Shown here: positions 47,997-58,778 of the stretch, piece after piece
Layout: every line of letters begins with the position of its first letter
Numbering within the stretch: the stretch's first letter is position 1
Source of the DNA: Fibrobacteria bacterium
GTDB taxonomy: Bacteria; Fibrobacterota; Chitinivibrionia; Chitinivibrionales; FEN-1185
Length of the DNA: 64,000 nt
Direction: 5' to 3'
Assembly (NCBI GenBank): GCA_037447435.1
Contig: JBBIGR010000002.1
Span: 96,001 to 160,000, forward strand
The notes under the pieces: model-generated
Databases searched by the model: none
What the model was told of the DNA's origin: nothing
Seen by the model: only the letters and a program-made list of their open reading frames with translations
Made by a program: the position numbers and the translations under genes

Positions 47997-49622
47997 ATGA
48001 ACAAACAATGCGCATTAGTACTATTGAGCACTGCTTTTTTGGTTATTTCGTTTTGTTCCAAACAAACAATTAAGCAAACCGTTGTCGTACAAAAAGGCCA
48101 CGAAGTCGTTACCGTTGAGAAAAAAGACACAACAGGGTACATTATCTCTTTCGGCGACTCTTCGGAGAGGATGCGCTTTATCAATTCCTTTGAAAAAATG
48201 ATCAAACAAATGCCAAGCGAGCGCATTGCCGGTAATTCCGATAAATTCGTCCATATAAAAATTGCCGCACCGATAAAAACGCCTTTGGAAATAAAACCGG
48301 TCGTTGGCGAAACATTAACGACCGTACCTAAAGTATCTGCCCCATTCTCGAGTCAAAAAACGGAACCGAAATTCGGCGGAGCAGCGACCGTTTATTCTCA
48401 GCGCGAATTTTTGGACCAGACAATGGCCGTTTTATGCAACGCCTATCCCTTTTCCAAATCGACATGCAATGAAACCGTTCCCAAAGATGTTGCGGGACTT
48501 TTGGACGCGAAACTCGTGTCCGACAAGCAACTGGATCTTTCCATTAAAGGCAATCTAATTTCCGCAACCGGGCAAAATTATTCCGCTTTCGATCTTGTCA
48601 ACATCTGGAGCGCATTTATAAAAAAACATCCCGCCGAAGGCCTCGCATTGTTTAAAAATGTTAAAGGCATAGACGGATATATTGCCGGTAAAGAAACAAT
48701 CGTTTCCGGCTTTACCGTTTCAAGCGAAAAAACCGTTTCATTGCATTTTGATAAAGCGGATCCAAACACGATGGCACGGGTATGCACACGGCGCCTCTTT
48801 CCCGCGTCCTTTAAAATGGGTCCTTACTTTTTGAAAAACGACAATGGTCAGACATTGCTTCTGGCGGCCAATCCCAAATCCGATGCTCCCAAACCGCTTC
48901 TTTCATCGTGCGCCATAAAGCTGGGCAAAGACCCGACGCCCCTGATAGCGTTTTCCCTGAACCGCTATGACGCGGTAACGCTTTTTTCCGCCAAAGATCT
49001 TGAATTTGCACGGCGAAAAGCAAACGACAAATCGGATTTAATTGTTTTTTCGGAAAGCCGGTATTTTGTATCGTGCATGCTTTTGGCCAAGGAAATGCGG
49101 GCCGCATGTAAAAAACTTATTGCAGCGAAAGAAATACTTTCGGAATTTGTCAGGGCCGACGGAACCGTGCTTTCCTGTTTGGAATGCGAGACTGCGGAGG
49201 ACGGATCGGTGCCGACCGGCAGCCCGCAATTGCAAGCCCTGCCGCCCGGTACTTCGACGGTTGCTATCCTCTATCGCGTCGACGATCCTGTTTCCAAGAT
49301 AATTGCGGAAAAAATTCTCGCCGATTTCAGCCGTGCCGGTTTGCAATGTTCCTTGAAGGGTGCGACATGCGAAGAGTATGAAGCATCTCTGGTTAGAAAA
49401 GATTACGGCATTGCGATAGGCTGGGTCGAAAAAAACATCGTTTCCGATGCCAGTGAAAAATTGCGGCTCGCCTCAATGTGGTTTAACGATAATACCGATG
49501 AAAAAGCACGGCTCGACGATATAAGGGAAATTCCCTTATTTTCGATCAAAACCTATTTGCTTTGCAAAAAGAAAATTTCGTTTTACGGCGATGCTTTCGA
49601 GGGGATGTTCATTTCAGAGTAA
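47997..49622 (+). CDS. ABC substrate-binding family 5-like lipoprotein (divergent, stand-alone)
   Basis: Signal with Cys (ISFC); NVKG...Y..G...VSG, GPY.L motifs typical of OppA-like proteins. Confidence 0.65.
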   Translation: MNKQCALVLLSTAFLVISFCSKQTIKQTVVVQKGHEVVTVEKKDTTGYIISFGDSSERMRFINSFEKMIKQMPSERIAGNSDKFVHIKIAAPIKTPLEIKPVVGETLTTVPKVSAPFSSQKTEPKFGGAATVYSQREFLDQTMAVLCNAYPFSKSTCNETVPKDVAGLLDAKLVSDKQLDLSIKGNLISATGQNYSAFDLVNIWSAFIKKHPAEGLALFKNVKGIDGYIAGKETIVSGFTVSSEKTVSLHFDKADPNTMARVCTRRLFPASFKMGPYFLKNDNGQTLLLAANPKSDAPKPLLSSCAIKLGKDPTPLIAFSLNRYDAVTLFSAKDLEFARRKANDKSDLIVFSESRYFVSCMLLAKEMRAACKKLIAAKEILSEFVRADGTVLSCLECETAEDGSVPTGSPQLQALPPGTSTVAILYRVDDPVSKIIAEKILADFSRAGLQCSLKGATCEEYEASLVRKDYGIAIGWVEKNIVSDASEKLRLASMWFNDNTDEKARLDDIREIPLFSIKTYLLCKKKISFYGDAFEGMFISE

Positions 49623-49643
49623 CTGTTTATTTTTTATTGAGGG

Positions 49644-51668
49644 TTAGTGTCTTTCCATGTCGTCCCACGACTTGCCCGATTCGGCAAGGGATCCCGGTCT
49701 CATAAAGGCCAACGCCTCCTGGCCTTTGACAGAAGACAAAACAACCGTCTTGCAATGCAGTGACCCGGTTTGCGACTGCACGATGTCGGAAACTACGGCT
49801 TCGAACGAAAACCGGTCTGCAATTTCGGGACAATCGAATTCTCCCAAGCAACGTCCGCCGATATCGCATGCCGACGCAGCATCGAGGCACAACGAAAGAA
49901 CCGAATCGCGTAAATTTATCCGCACCAGCATTCCGGCGATCTTGTTTTGTTCGTTATTAAATTGGACGATCACCGGAATCGCCAACATCATTTCGTCGGT
50001 ATTTGCAAGAATTCCCCGTATCGAAAAGACGGAAATTGCCTGCGATTTGCCTTTGACATTGGTTTGCGGAAGCCGTATTGCGGCACACAAATGAGATGCA
50101 GGATCATACGTTTGCGCAGCCGCGAACACCTGCCAACGCGACGCAAGGCCTTCTATCCTTTGGGCCAAATTGACATTGTCGCCGATTACGGTATATTCCA
50201 TTCTGTCTATACCGCCGACGTTGCCCCCGGCAAATTCCCCGGTGTTGCAACCGATACCGACATACACCGGCAATTGTTCGGCAGACGCGAGCTCGCAATC
50301 GAACATCCACACCGCGGCCTGCATTTCTATGCTCGAGCGGATTGCATTTGCCTGGGCATCGTCGTCTTTGACCATTACGTTCCAAAATGCCATGATCATG
50401 TCGCCGCCGAACTTGTGAAGCGTGCCGTTGTGACGGGTGATAATCGCCGTTGTTATTCGGAAATACTTATTAAGCAAGTCAACCACGCCGGTGGCTTCCA
50501 GCGTTTCGGAAATCGCGGTAAACCCGACGATATCGCAGAATAAAACGGTCCCGTTTTTACGCTCGCCGCCGAGTTTCAATGGAATCGTACCGTCTAAAAC
50601 GCCTTCCACGACGTCGGGCGAAAGATACCGGGATAACTGCGTCCTGGTTTGCGTCTCTTTTTCAACAGCCGCATACAGTTCGGCATTTTTGATTGCTATT
50701 GCCGCTTGTCCGGCTATACCGGTGAGCATCGCAAGGTCATCGGAACTGAAGGCGTGCCTGCTCGACATGGTGTCGACATTGATGACGCCCAGGATTTCAC
50801 CTTTGCAAATAAACGGGGCACACATGAGCGAACGGATCGACAAACTGACTATGGATTGCTGGGAGATAAACCGGTCGTCTTTTTGCGCGTCGGACGATAG
50901 TATCGATTGTTTATTTTCCATGACTGCGTTGACAATTGTCCTGCTCACGGGAAATTCTTCGGTCGACTGTTTGCCTTTGTCGCGGCTGCTGCCCATCGCC
51001 GGAACCAGTTTTCCGTTTATGGAATCGCGGAGCATGATAAACGCCCGGTCGGCATGGGGAAACATGTCGAAAATGCTGCTCATGATGTTTTCGAGCAGGC
51101 TTTCCGGTTTTGTCAATGCCCCCAGATCCTGCGAGACCTTAACCATTGCCTGTAGCCGCCGCAGAGCATCGTGCAGGCTCGAAGTGTTCTGTTTGCCGTT
51201 TGCATGCATCGCAAGAATATCGGATGCCGAAGCATCCATGGTCGCGCTGACTTTGGGAGCTTGTGTCTCGGAGGTAAAAATCATGGTCATGCCGCCGCTA
51301 TGCGGTAATTTTGCGTTGTCCGCGACAAGGACAGTGGCGGCACTCACTTTTTTCTTCGTCGCGAGCGGGTCCATGCCTTCGCTGCGGAAAAGCATCCGTG
51401 CCGAACCGATGACGATTTCATCACCCTCGTATAACGGCTGCGGCACATGACGATGCAGGGCACGCTTATTGACAAAAGTACCGTTCGACGAACCGCAATC
51501 GACTATGGTGAAAAAATTTTCTTTTTGCCTCACAACGGCATGTTGTCGCGAGACGCTTGAATCGGGCAAATAAACGGCATTATCCGCATTTCTGCCGATA
51601 ACGATTTCCGCAGTTAGTCGGACCGTTTTACCCCTATTGTTGCCTTCGACTATTTCGAGATATGCCAT
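49644..51668 (-). CDS. FHA-GAF-class III adenylate cyclase
   Basis: FHA (IGR, SRQHA, S.NGT); GAF (SIRSLMCAP); cyclase (F.DIVGFT, KFGGD, T.IGD.VNLA.R). Confidence 0.92.
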   Translation of the reverse strand: MAYLEIVEGNNRGKTVRLTAEIVIGRNADNAVYLPDSSVSRQHAVVRQKENFFTIVDCGSSNGTFVNKRALHRHVPQPLYEGDEIVIGSARMLFRSEGMDPLATKKKVSAATVLVADNAKLPHSGGMTMIFTSETQAPKVSATMDASASDILAMHANGKQNTSSLHDALRRLQAMVKVSQDLGALTKPESLLENIMSSIFDMFPHADRAFIMLRDSINGKLVPAMGSSRDKGKQSTEEFPVSRTIVNAVMENKQSILSSDAQKDDRFISQQSIVSLSIRSLMCAPFICKGEILGVINVDTMSSRHAFSSDDLAMLTGIAGQAAIAIKNAELYAAVEKETQTRTQLSRYLSPDVVEGVLDGTIPLKLGGERKNGTVLFCDIVGFTAISETLEATGVVDLLNKYFRITTAIITRHNGTLHKFGGDMIMAFWNVMVKDDDAQANAIRSSIEMQAAVWMFDCELASAEQLPVYVGIGCNTGEFAGGNVGGIDRMEYTVIGDNVNLAQRIEGLASRWQVFAAAQTYDPASHLCAAIRLPQTNVKGKSQAISVFSIRGILANTDEMMLAIPVIVQFNNEQNKIAGMLVRINLRDSVLSLCLDAASACDIGGRCLGEFDCPEIADRFSFEAVVSDIVQSQTGSLHCKTVVLSSVKGQEALAFMRPGSLAESGKSWDDMERH

Positions 51669-51779
51669 AAGATTTTTCTCAATTCATAAGATGCAAGCAA
51701 ATACTAAGTATACCATTTTGTCGGGGTAAAAAACAGGGTGCAATGTAAACATCTTGATCTTTTTTGAATTTTCCGATAT

Positions 51780-51799
51780 ATTTAACCATATGGTTAAAT
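51780..51799. promoter_or_regulatory. Perfect 20-bp palindrome, probable TetR operator
   Basis: ATTTAACCATATGGTTAAAT 16 bp upstream of the tetR gene. Confidence 0.75.
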
Positions 51800-51815
51800 T
51801 ACCAGGTTAAACATT

Positions 51816-52493
51816 ATGGTTAAAAAAATCAAGAAACCGACGCATTATCCATCCGTGGATCGGACCACGGAGCAGAAAATCCTTGAAGCCGCGCGAACGG
51901 AATTCGGCGAGCACGGCCTCGATGGTGCGAGAATGCAGTCGATCGCCGACAGGGCCCAGGTCAATAAAGCCCTTCTTCATTATTATTTCAGGTCAAAAGA
52001 AAAACTATTCGAAGTGATACTTCATTCGATTGCCTTGGAAATTTGGCAAACCATTCGGCTCGAACTTTCGAATCAGCCTAAAAACCCGGATTTGAAAACG
52101 GCAATAAGGTCTTTGGTTTCTTCCTACATTTTGACATTTGCCAAAACCCCGGAAATACCTGCGATTCTTTTACGCCTGCTTTTGACCGGCGACAAGTTTT
52201 TTCCCGCTATCGTGGAAAAAATCATCGATGCCATCGGGGACGGACCCAAACTATTGCTTTTGACTTTCGAGAAGGAAATGAAAGCGGGTAAAATTGCCAG
52301 AACCGATCCAATACAACTCATTATGAGCGTCATGGGAATGATAATGGTTACGTTTTTCGGCAAACCTATTTTCCAGATACTGCAACAAAAAACAGGTATG
52401 CCGATTGCTGTAAATACTGATACATTCCTTCAAGAAAGAATCGATTTTATAACCAATTTGGTTTTTGATGGAATAAAGGAGCATAAATCATGA
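51816..52493 (+). CDS. TetR/AcrR-family regulator
   Basis: ILEAA..EF...G..IA.RA.VNKALLHYYFRSKE.L. Confidence 0.93.
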   Translation: MVKKIKKPTHYPSVDRTTEQKILEAARTEFGEHGLDGARMQSIADRAQVNKALLHYYFRSKEKLFEVILHSIALEIWQTIRLELSNQPKNPDLKTAIRSLVSSYILTFAKTPEIPAILLRLLLTGDKFFPAIVEKIIDAIGDGPKLLLLTFEKEMKAGKIARTDPIQLIMSVMGMIMVTFFGKPIFQILQQKTGMPIAVNTDTFLQERIDFITNLVFDGIKEHKS

Positions 52494-53818
52494 GGAATTT
52501 CATGATGCGGGTTTATTGTTGCATAAGCATGCTTTGTATGGCCTGGACGGCCTTGGGCCTCAGCCTCAAACAGGCTCAGGAAATTATGTTGTTCAAAAAC
52601 ACCGATATCGTAATTGCGAATCAGGAATTCTGTAAAAAAGGCTATGAGGAAACAGAAGCCAAAGCAGTCTGGTATCCTTCATTGGATGTTGTGGGCTCAT
52701 ATAATCATGTAACGGAAAACAGCTCAACGACAATTTCAGGGCTGCCGCTACCGGGCCTTGCTCCCGGTTCCAGCGAGACTCTTCCAATCCCCAACAGCAT
52801 GAACAAAACCGAACTCGGAGTAGACCTGACATACCCTCTTACCGCTGCTTTTGTCAACGTATACAATGTCCGGTATCGTCGGCTCGCCCTGACCGTAAAG
52901 GAGGCCCAAAATCAGGGCCTTAAAAATCTACTCAGCTTCAAACTCGGTGCGATATATCTCCAATGGAACATGTCATATCAGCAAACGGACGTCTATAAAA
53001 CGTTGATTAAACAATTAGAGGAAATGTTGAATCAAACCGCAAAGCTGAAAGCGGGCGGACTGGCTTCCTCGGCAAAAGTATTGGATGTCAAAGCCCGGCT
53101 TGCCCAGGCGCAGTCGGATTTGGTCACCAACCAAAATCAATGCGATTCCCTGAAACTCGAGCTGCTCAATTTCATTCAATCCCCTGATTCGGGTTTTTTA
53201 CCCGTCGATTATTCGTTTGCAATCGATTCTCAATCACTTTTAGCAACAGACTCGGTCGGACTCAATACGTCCCGGCCGGAATTGGTTTCACTTGATATCG
53301 GCATGGAGCAATTGGCGGTGTTCCAAAGCATCATTTCGGGCCAAAAATATCCGAATCTTATTGCGCTCGCCGGTTTGCGATATGCAAATCCCGGCCTTGC
53401 CATGGGCAAAGACCAGTACATGGGATACGGTCTTTTCGGTTTGCAATTAAAATGGAATTTATTCGACGGATGGAAAGTCTCCTCTCAACATAAGCAAACT
53501 TCCGAACAAATCGACATTCTAAAGACCCAAAGACAACAACTTATCGATATGTGGTCGAATGCTATTAAAAACGCAAAGCTGTCTATCAAACGGGCAGAAC
53601 AACAGGCTGATGCGGCAAACGCATCACTTTCAGCTTCTGACGCGTATGCAACGGACGCGCAAAACAACTTTGCAGCCGGCATGGCAACCCAAACCGATGT
53701 TCTCAATGCACTCACGGCAAAATCAAAATCGGCACTACTCGTTAAGCAATCCATATTTATGAAGAACATGGCTGTTTTACAATTACTTTTTGCCTCTGGA
53801 AAAGAATTGAAATTTTAA
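52490..53818 (+). CDS. TolC-family outer membrane efflux protein
   Basis: Two OEP repeats (YPSLD, L.WNLFDG, G.A...DVL). Confidence 0.88.
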   Translation: MRNFMMRVYCCISMLCMAWTALGLSLKQAQEIMLFKNTDIVIANQEFCKKGYEETEAKAVWYPSLDVVGSYNHVTENSSTTISGLPLPGLAPGSSETLPIPNSMNKTELGVDLTYPLTAAFVNVYNVRYRRLALTVKEAQNQGLKNLLSFKLGAIYLQWNMSYQQTDVYKTLIKQLEEMLNQTAKLKAGGLASSAKVLDVKARLAQAQSDLVTNQNQCDSLKLELLNFIQSPDSGFLPVDYSFAIDSQSLLATDSVGLNTSRPELVSLDIGMEQLAVFQSIISGQKYPNLIALAGLRYANPGLAMGKDQYMGYGLFGLQLKWNLFDGWKVSSQHKQTSEQIDILKTQRQQLIDMWSNAIKNAKLSIKRAEQQADAANASLSASDAYATDAQNNFAAGMATQTDVLNALTAKSKSALLVKQSIFMKNMAVLQLLFASGKELKF

Positions 53819-53897
53819 CGGCCATAAAAAATTATTCAGTTGCGATTAACCAGGCTGTTTTGAGGTCTCAAAATAAAAATCGGAAGGAAAAGATTTT

Positions 53898-54818
53898 ATG
53901 AACGCAAACACACGGCAAACCTTGCTTTTCGGACTATTGACGTCATTTTGCTTTATGCTGAATATCAATTGCGATGCAACTAAGAATAAAGAATATATCG
54001 GTTCCGCTGTTGTCGAAGCGCAGACATTTCAAATCGCCACAACCGCACAAGGTACGATTGTCGCATTGTTCAAAGCGGAAGGCCAGCATGTGGGTCCGGG
54101 AGAATTGGTGGCGATTATAGACACCGTCCCCTTAGTTCTGAAGCTCAACGAATTATCCGCGGCGCTTGCCGAGCTCGGCAGCGCCATTTCCTCGAAAAAA
54201 GTCGAGATTTCGTCTCAGGAATCCGATGTCAAGGGTGTCGACAGGGAATACAAACGCATCTCCAACCTTGTCGAACAAGGGTCGGTGCCGTCGCAGCAAA
54301 AAGATAATCTGGAAACGCAGTTCGAATCATCCAAGTTGCGGGTACAGGCAAACCGTTCCACACTGTCCGGGTTGCAAGCCAAAATCAACACCATAAATGC
54401 GCAGCGGGCCACCTTGCTCGATCAATTGTCGCGTTGCTATGTCCATTCGCCTTCTTCGGGGACAATATTGACAAAATACAAGAACCTCGGCGAGGTGGTT
54501 CCCGTCGGAAACCCGATTTTCGAACTTGGAAAATACGACACCATGCAAATCGATTTTTATGTCACGCAACCAATGCTGCCGTCGTTTACGCTGGGCCAGA
54601 AAATACGCGTTCGATTGGACAATGAAATGGCTGGGCAAAAGGAAACGCAAACCTTCTTGCCGGCAACGGTTACCTGGATCAGCGAAGATGCCGAATTCTC
54701 CCCCAAAAACATTCAAACTCGCGAAAGCAGAAACGAGCTTGTTTTCAAGATACGCGCCCAGGCGCCGAATCAAAACAGCATGTTAAAACGCGGTCTTCCC
54801 GTCGAAATATGGAGATGA
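53898..54818 (+). CDS. HlyD/YbhG-like membrane fusion protein
   Basis: EGQ.V..G, SP.SG, EFSPKNIQT..R. Confidence 0.9.
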   Translation: MNANTRQTLLFGLLTSFCFMLNINCDATKNKEYIGSAVVEAQTFQIATTAQGTIVALFKAEGQHVGPGELVAIIDTVPLVLKLNELSAALAELGSAISSKKVEISSQESDVKGVDREYKRISNLVEQGSVPSQQKDNLETQFESSKLRVQANRSTLSGLQAKINTINAQRATLLDQLSRCYVHSPSSGTILTKYKNLGEVVPVGNPIFELGKYDTMQIDFYVTQPMLPSFTLGQKIRVRLDNEMAGQKETQTFLPATVTWISEDAEFSPKNIQTRESRNELVFKIRAQAPNQNSMLKRGLPVEIWR

Positions 54819-54828
54819 AATTAACCGT

Positions 54829-55755
54829 ATGAATCCCATCGTTGCTATTTCGGATCTTTACAAAAACTACGCCGGCGAAAAGGCTTTGGACGGCGTTTCT
54901 CTTTCCGTAATGCCGGGATGTCTGTTCGGCCTTATCGGCGCGGACGGTGCGGGGAAATCGACGCTCCTGCGCATTTGCACCACGCTTGTCGCTCCCGACA
55001 AGGGTACAGCGTCGGTATTGGGATTCGATGTAGTGAAAGAATTCGCAAAAATCAGGGAAAACATCGGATACATGCCGCAGAAATTCTCTTTATATCAAGA
55101 TCTCAGCGTCCGGGAAAACATGCAGTTTTTCGCCGACCTGTTTGGCGTAAAACCCAAAGAGCGGGATGAGCGTATGAAACGCCTGCTCGATTTTTCGCAC
55201 CTCGAAAAATTCCAGGACCGGCGGGCTCGCAATCTATCGGGCGGCATGAAACAAAAACTTGCCCTTTCCTGTACCCTCATCCATACGCCGAAAGTGCTGT
55301 TTCTGGATGAGCCGACAACCGGCGTGGATCCAGTTTCCAGAAAAGAATTCTGGGAAATTTTAAAGGAATTGCGAAACCAGGGAATCGGCATCGTCGTATC
55401 GACCCCGTATATGGATGAAGCCCATTTATGCGACGAATTGCTTTTTCTCCATCACGGCAAAGCGGTCCGACAAGGTAAACCGCAGGCACTGCTCGATGCA
55501 TACCCGTATCCGCTTTTTAAGATTTCCTGTACGACGGGAACATTGACTATAGCGCAAAACATACAAACGCCCGACGGCATACTGCTCATGTACCCCGAAG
55601 GAGGCAGCATCCATGTCGCGGTAAAACAGGATGTTGATGCGGCCCGGGTTTTGGCTATCATGAAATCGATCCTTCCGGAAGCGGAATCGGCCGAAAAATG
55701 CAAGCCCAAAATCGAAGACTTGTTTATTTATTTGCTTTCCGGGGAAAAGTCATGA
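54829..55755 (+). CDS. ABC-2 exporter ATP-binding protein
   Basis: GADGAGKS, LSGGMKQK, LDEPT.GVDP. Confidence 0.93.
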   Translation: MNPIVAISDLYKNYAGEKALDGVSLSVMPGCLFGLIGADGAGKSTLLRICTTLVAPDKGTASVLGFDVVKEFAKIRENIGYMPQKFSLYQDLSVRENMQFFADLFGVKPKERDERMKRLLDFSHLEKFQDRRARNLSGGMKQKLALSCTLIHTPKVLFLDEPTTGVDPVSRKEFWEILKELRNQGIGIVVSTPYMDEAHLCDELLFLHHGKAVRQGKPQALLDAYPYPLFKISCTTGTLTIAQNIQTPDGILLMYPEGGSIHVAVKQDVDAARVLAIMKSILPEAESAEKCKPKIEDLFIYLLSGEKS

Positions 55756-56486
55756 CGACCTATACGATTCAAACCAATAAACTCACGAAAATATTCGGCA
55801 ATTATACCGCTGTCGACCAAATCGACGTTGCGGTAAAAAAGGGTGAAATTTTCGGCTTTTTAGGTGCGAACGGCGCAGGAAAGACAACGGCGATTCGGAT
55901 GCTCTGCGGACTTTTAACGCCTTCAAGCGGTCAAGGTCATGTTGCCGGATTCGACATCATGAAGGAATCTGCCAAAATCAGGTCTCGAATCGGGTATATG
56001 TCCCAAAAATTCAGTTTATACGCGGACATGACCGTTATAAACAACTTGAAATTGTTCGGTCAATTATACGGTCTTGCAAAATCCGATCTGCATTCGCGAA
56101 TCGACGAAATGTCGGACTTTCTTGGTCTTAAAGAGCTTTACCCCCGCGTTACCGGGGCGCTTCCCTGGGGATGGCAGCAGCGCCTGAGTCTTGCCTGCGC
56201 AAACCTTCACAAACCGGAAATACTGTTCCTCGACGAGCCAACCGGTTCCGTTGATCCGGTGAGCCGAAGAAATTTCTGGGACCTCATACAATCGTTGTCG
56301 GCTGGCGGCACGACCATCTTCGTGACGACGCATCATATGGATGAAGCGGAATATTGTCACAGGATATCCATAATGATTTCCGGCAAAATCGCGGCGATCG
56401 ATTCGCCCCAACAATTGAAAAAACAGAACAATTGCGAAACGCTGCTCGATGCGTTTTTGAAAATCGTCGAAGGCGGTGCACAATGA
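55752..56486 (+). CDS. ABC-2 exporter ATP-binding protein
   Basis: GANGAGKT, LP.GW.QR, LDEPT; start ATG 55752. Confidence 0.92.
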   Translation: MTTYTIQTNKLTKIFGNYTAVDQIDVAVKKGEIFGFLGANGAGKTTAIRMLCGLLTPSSGQGHVAGFDIMKESAKIRSRIGYMSQKFSLYADMTVINNLKLFGQLYGLAKSDLHSRIDEMSDFLGLKELYPRVTGALPWGWQQRLSLACANLHKPEILFLDEPTGSVDPVSRRNFWDLIQSLSAGGTTIFVTTHHMDEAEYCHRISIMISGKIAAIDSPQQLKKQNNCETLLDAFLKIVEGGAQ

Positions 56487-57589
56487 ACCCGCGAATACGC
56501 GCTCTAATCCGTAAAGAAGTCTGGCATATTCTCCGCGATTGGCAAACGCTTATTATCGTCTTGGCAATGCCGGTTTTCATGATGTTTTTGTACGGCTATG
56601 CCTTGGATGTCAACATATCCGACGTCGAGGTGATGGTCGAAGACCCGAATCCCTCTCCGGAAAGTGCGGCACTCATTCGCGCAATAGACCAAAGCAGTCT
56701 CTTCAAAGTGATCGGCGTGGTTCAAAGCGTCGCGGTTCCGGGTGATATTTTCAAAAAACGCCATATAAAAGCGTTATTTCGCTTTTCACCGACATTTGCC
56801 GCAGATTTACATAAGCCTTTACACCCTGCTTCGGTGCAGGTCCTCATAGACGGATCAGACCAAAACCTGGGCACCATATTGCGCAATGTGGTGGAACCGT
56901 TTTTGCAAAAATCGGCGCTCGAGATTTTGCAGGTACCTCTTCCCTCCGGCATAACGGTACAGCAGACCATTCTGTACAATCCCCAGCAAAAAAGCGCCCG
57001 GTATTTCGTGCCCGGCCTCATGGTCATTATTCTCATGATGATTTCGGCAATGCTCACCTCGCTTACCATTACAAAAGAGAAAGAACTCGGTACATTGGAA
57101 CAAATGCTCGTGTCGCCGATAAAAGCCCATGAAATAATGATAGGGAAAATAGCGCCCTATATTCTCCTTGCGGCTATCGACGGGTTGCTCATCCTCGTCG
57201 TCGGTTATTTTGTTTTCGGCGTCACGATAAGCGGAAGCCTGCTCTTATTGAGCGCGGCAAGCTTGATCTACATTTTTACCGCGCTTGCCGTCGGATTGCT
57301 CATCAGTACCGTCAGCAGTAAACAAGAACACGCAATGTTGATCGTGTTGCCCGTGACGGTCATGCCGACGGTTTTGTTGTCCGGGTTTATTTTTCCCTTG
57401 AAAAGCATTCCTGTAGTTTTACAATGGATAGCGCATATTATTCCTGCGACATATTTTTTGGAAATCATACGCGGTATCATCCTCAAAGGCATCGGCTTTT
57501 CGGAATTATGGAAACCGATCGCGGTGTTGACCGGCATGGGCTTATTTCTGCTCATTGTTTCCATTAGAAAGTTCAGGGTAAAATTGTGA
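56483..57589 (+). CDS. ABC-2 permease (YbhS-like)
   Basis: YNP...PGL..KEKELGTLEQ..SP; start ATG 56483. Confidence 0.92.
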   Translation: MNPRIRALIRKEVWHILRDWQTLIIVLAMPVFMMFLYGYALDVNISDVEVMVEDPNPSPESAALIRAIDQSSLFKVIGVVQSVAVPGDIFKKRHIKALFRFSPTFAADLHKPLHPASVQVLIDGSDQNLGTILRNVVEPFLQKSALEILQVPLPSGITVQQTILYNPQQKSARYFVPGLMVIILMMISAMLTSLTITKEKELGTLEQMLVSPIKAHEIMIGKIAPYILLAAIDGLLILVVGYFVFGVTISGSLLLLSAASLIYIFTALAVGLLISTVSSKQEHAMLIVLPVTVMPTVLLSGFIFPLKSIPVVLQWIAHIIPATYFLEIIRGIILKGIGFSELWKPIAVLTGMGLFLLIVSIRKFRVKL

Positions 57590-58713
57590 GATTTTTACGC
57601 CTAATGATTTGGAAAGAATTTACCCAGATCCGCTCGGATCCCATGATAATGCGTCTCATCATCATGCCCGTTGTGATACAAATGTTCATCCTGGGCTATG
57701 CCATAACGACGGAAGTGAAAAATACGGGTATTACCGTTTTGGACAGAAGTAATACCCCTCAAAGCGTTTCGCTCGTCCAAAACATTATTCATAATCAACT
57801 TTTTGAATTCTCCGGTTACGCAACGTCGGAAAGCGACGCCAAGTCGCGCCTGGATCGGGGAAATGCCAGGCTTGCGCTTATCATACCGCAAAGTTTTGCG
57901 CGGGATCTCACTTTGCAAAACGGTGCGTCGGTCGAATTACTTGTCGACGGACAAGACGCGAATTCCTCGACTGTTTCGAGCGGATACATAAATTCCATTA
58001 TTTCAGGGTGGAGCATTTCATTTCTTCGGGATAAACTGGCAGCCAGAGGATTAAAAATCCAAAACATTCTTCCCATAGAAGTCCGGCCTACCATTTTATA
58101 CAATCCGCTTTTAAAATCCACGTGGTATATGGTTCCGGCACTCGCGGTCGTGCTGGTCACTATGATAACGGCCCTGCTCACCGGGTTTTCTATAGTAAAA
58201 GAAAAGGAGGCCGGCACATTGGAACAATTGATGGTTACGCCCGTGAGTCCGGTTCATGTGGTGTTGGGAAAAATTGTTCCGTACATCGCGATCGGCTTAT
58301 TCGAACTCTGCGCGGTACTCGCTGCTGCCACATTATGGTTCGGCGTACCGTTCAAAGGAAATTTCTTCATTCTTCTTTTATTCGGGCTCATTTATATGAC
58401 TTCGTCTTTGGGAATAGGGATTTTAGTTTCAACAATTGCCAGAAACGCCCAGCAAGTATTGTTCATGCTTTGGTTTATTTTGATTTTCTTCTTATTTTTG
58501 TCCGGCTTCTTTCTCGCGTTGGAAAACATGCCCGTATGGGTCCAAAAACTTACGCTTATCAACCCATTGCGGTATTTCATGTTCATATTGCGCGAAATGT
58601 TTTTAAAAGGAAGCGGATTTGGAGAACTCTGGGAACAGGGACTCGCCATGCTTTGCATCGGCGGTTTTGTTTTTGGCGTCGCATTGCTTTCGTTTCACCG
58701 GAAAGTCGCATAA
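57586..58713 (+). CDS. ABC-2 permease (YbhR-like)
   Basis: YNP.L..VP..KEKEAGTLEQLMVTP; NPLRY. Confidence 0.92.
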   Translation: MRFLRLMIWKEFTQIRSDPMIMRLIIMPVVIQMFILGYAITTEVKNTGITVLDRSNTPQSVSLVQNIIHNQLFEFSGYATSESDAKSRLDRGNARLALIIPQSFARDLTLQNGASVELLVDGQDANSSTVSSGYINSIISGWSISFLRDKLAARGLKIQNILPIEVRPTILYNPLLKSTWYMVPALAVVLVTMITALLTGFSIVKEKEAGTLEQLMVTPVSPVHVVLGKIVPYIAIGLFELCAVLAAATLWFGVPFKGNFFILLLFGLIYMTSSLGIGILVSTIARNAQQVLFMLWFILIFFLFLSGFFLALENMPVWVQKLTLINPLRYFMFILREMFLKGSGFGELWEQGLAMLCIGGFVFGVALLSFHRKVA

Positions 58714-58778
58714 AGTTGCTTTGTCCGCGTCGAGCGATTCTATGAAATGTATGCCCTATTTTAAGTTATTTTAAATAG

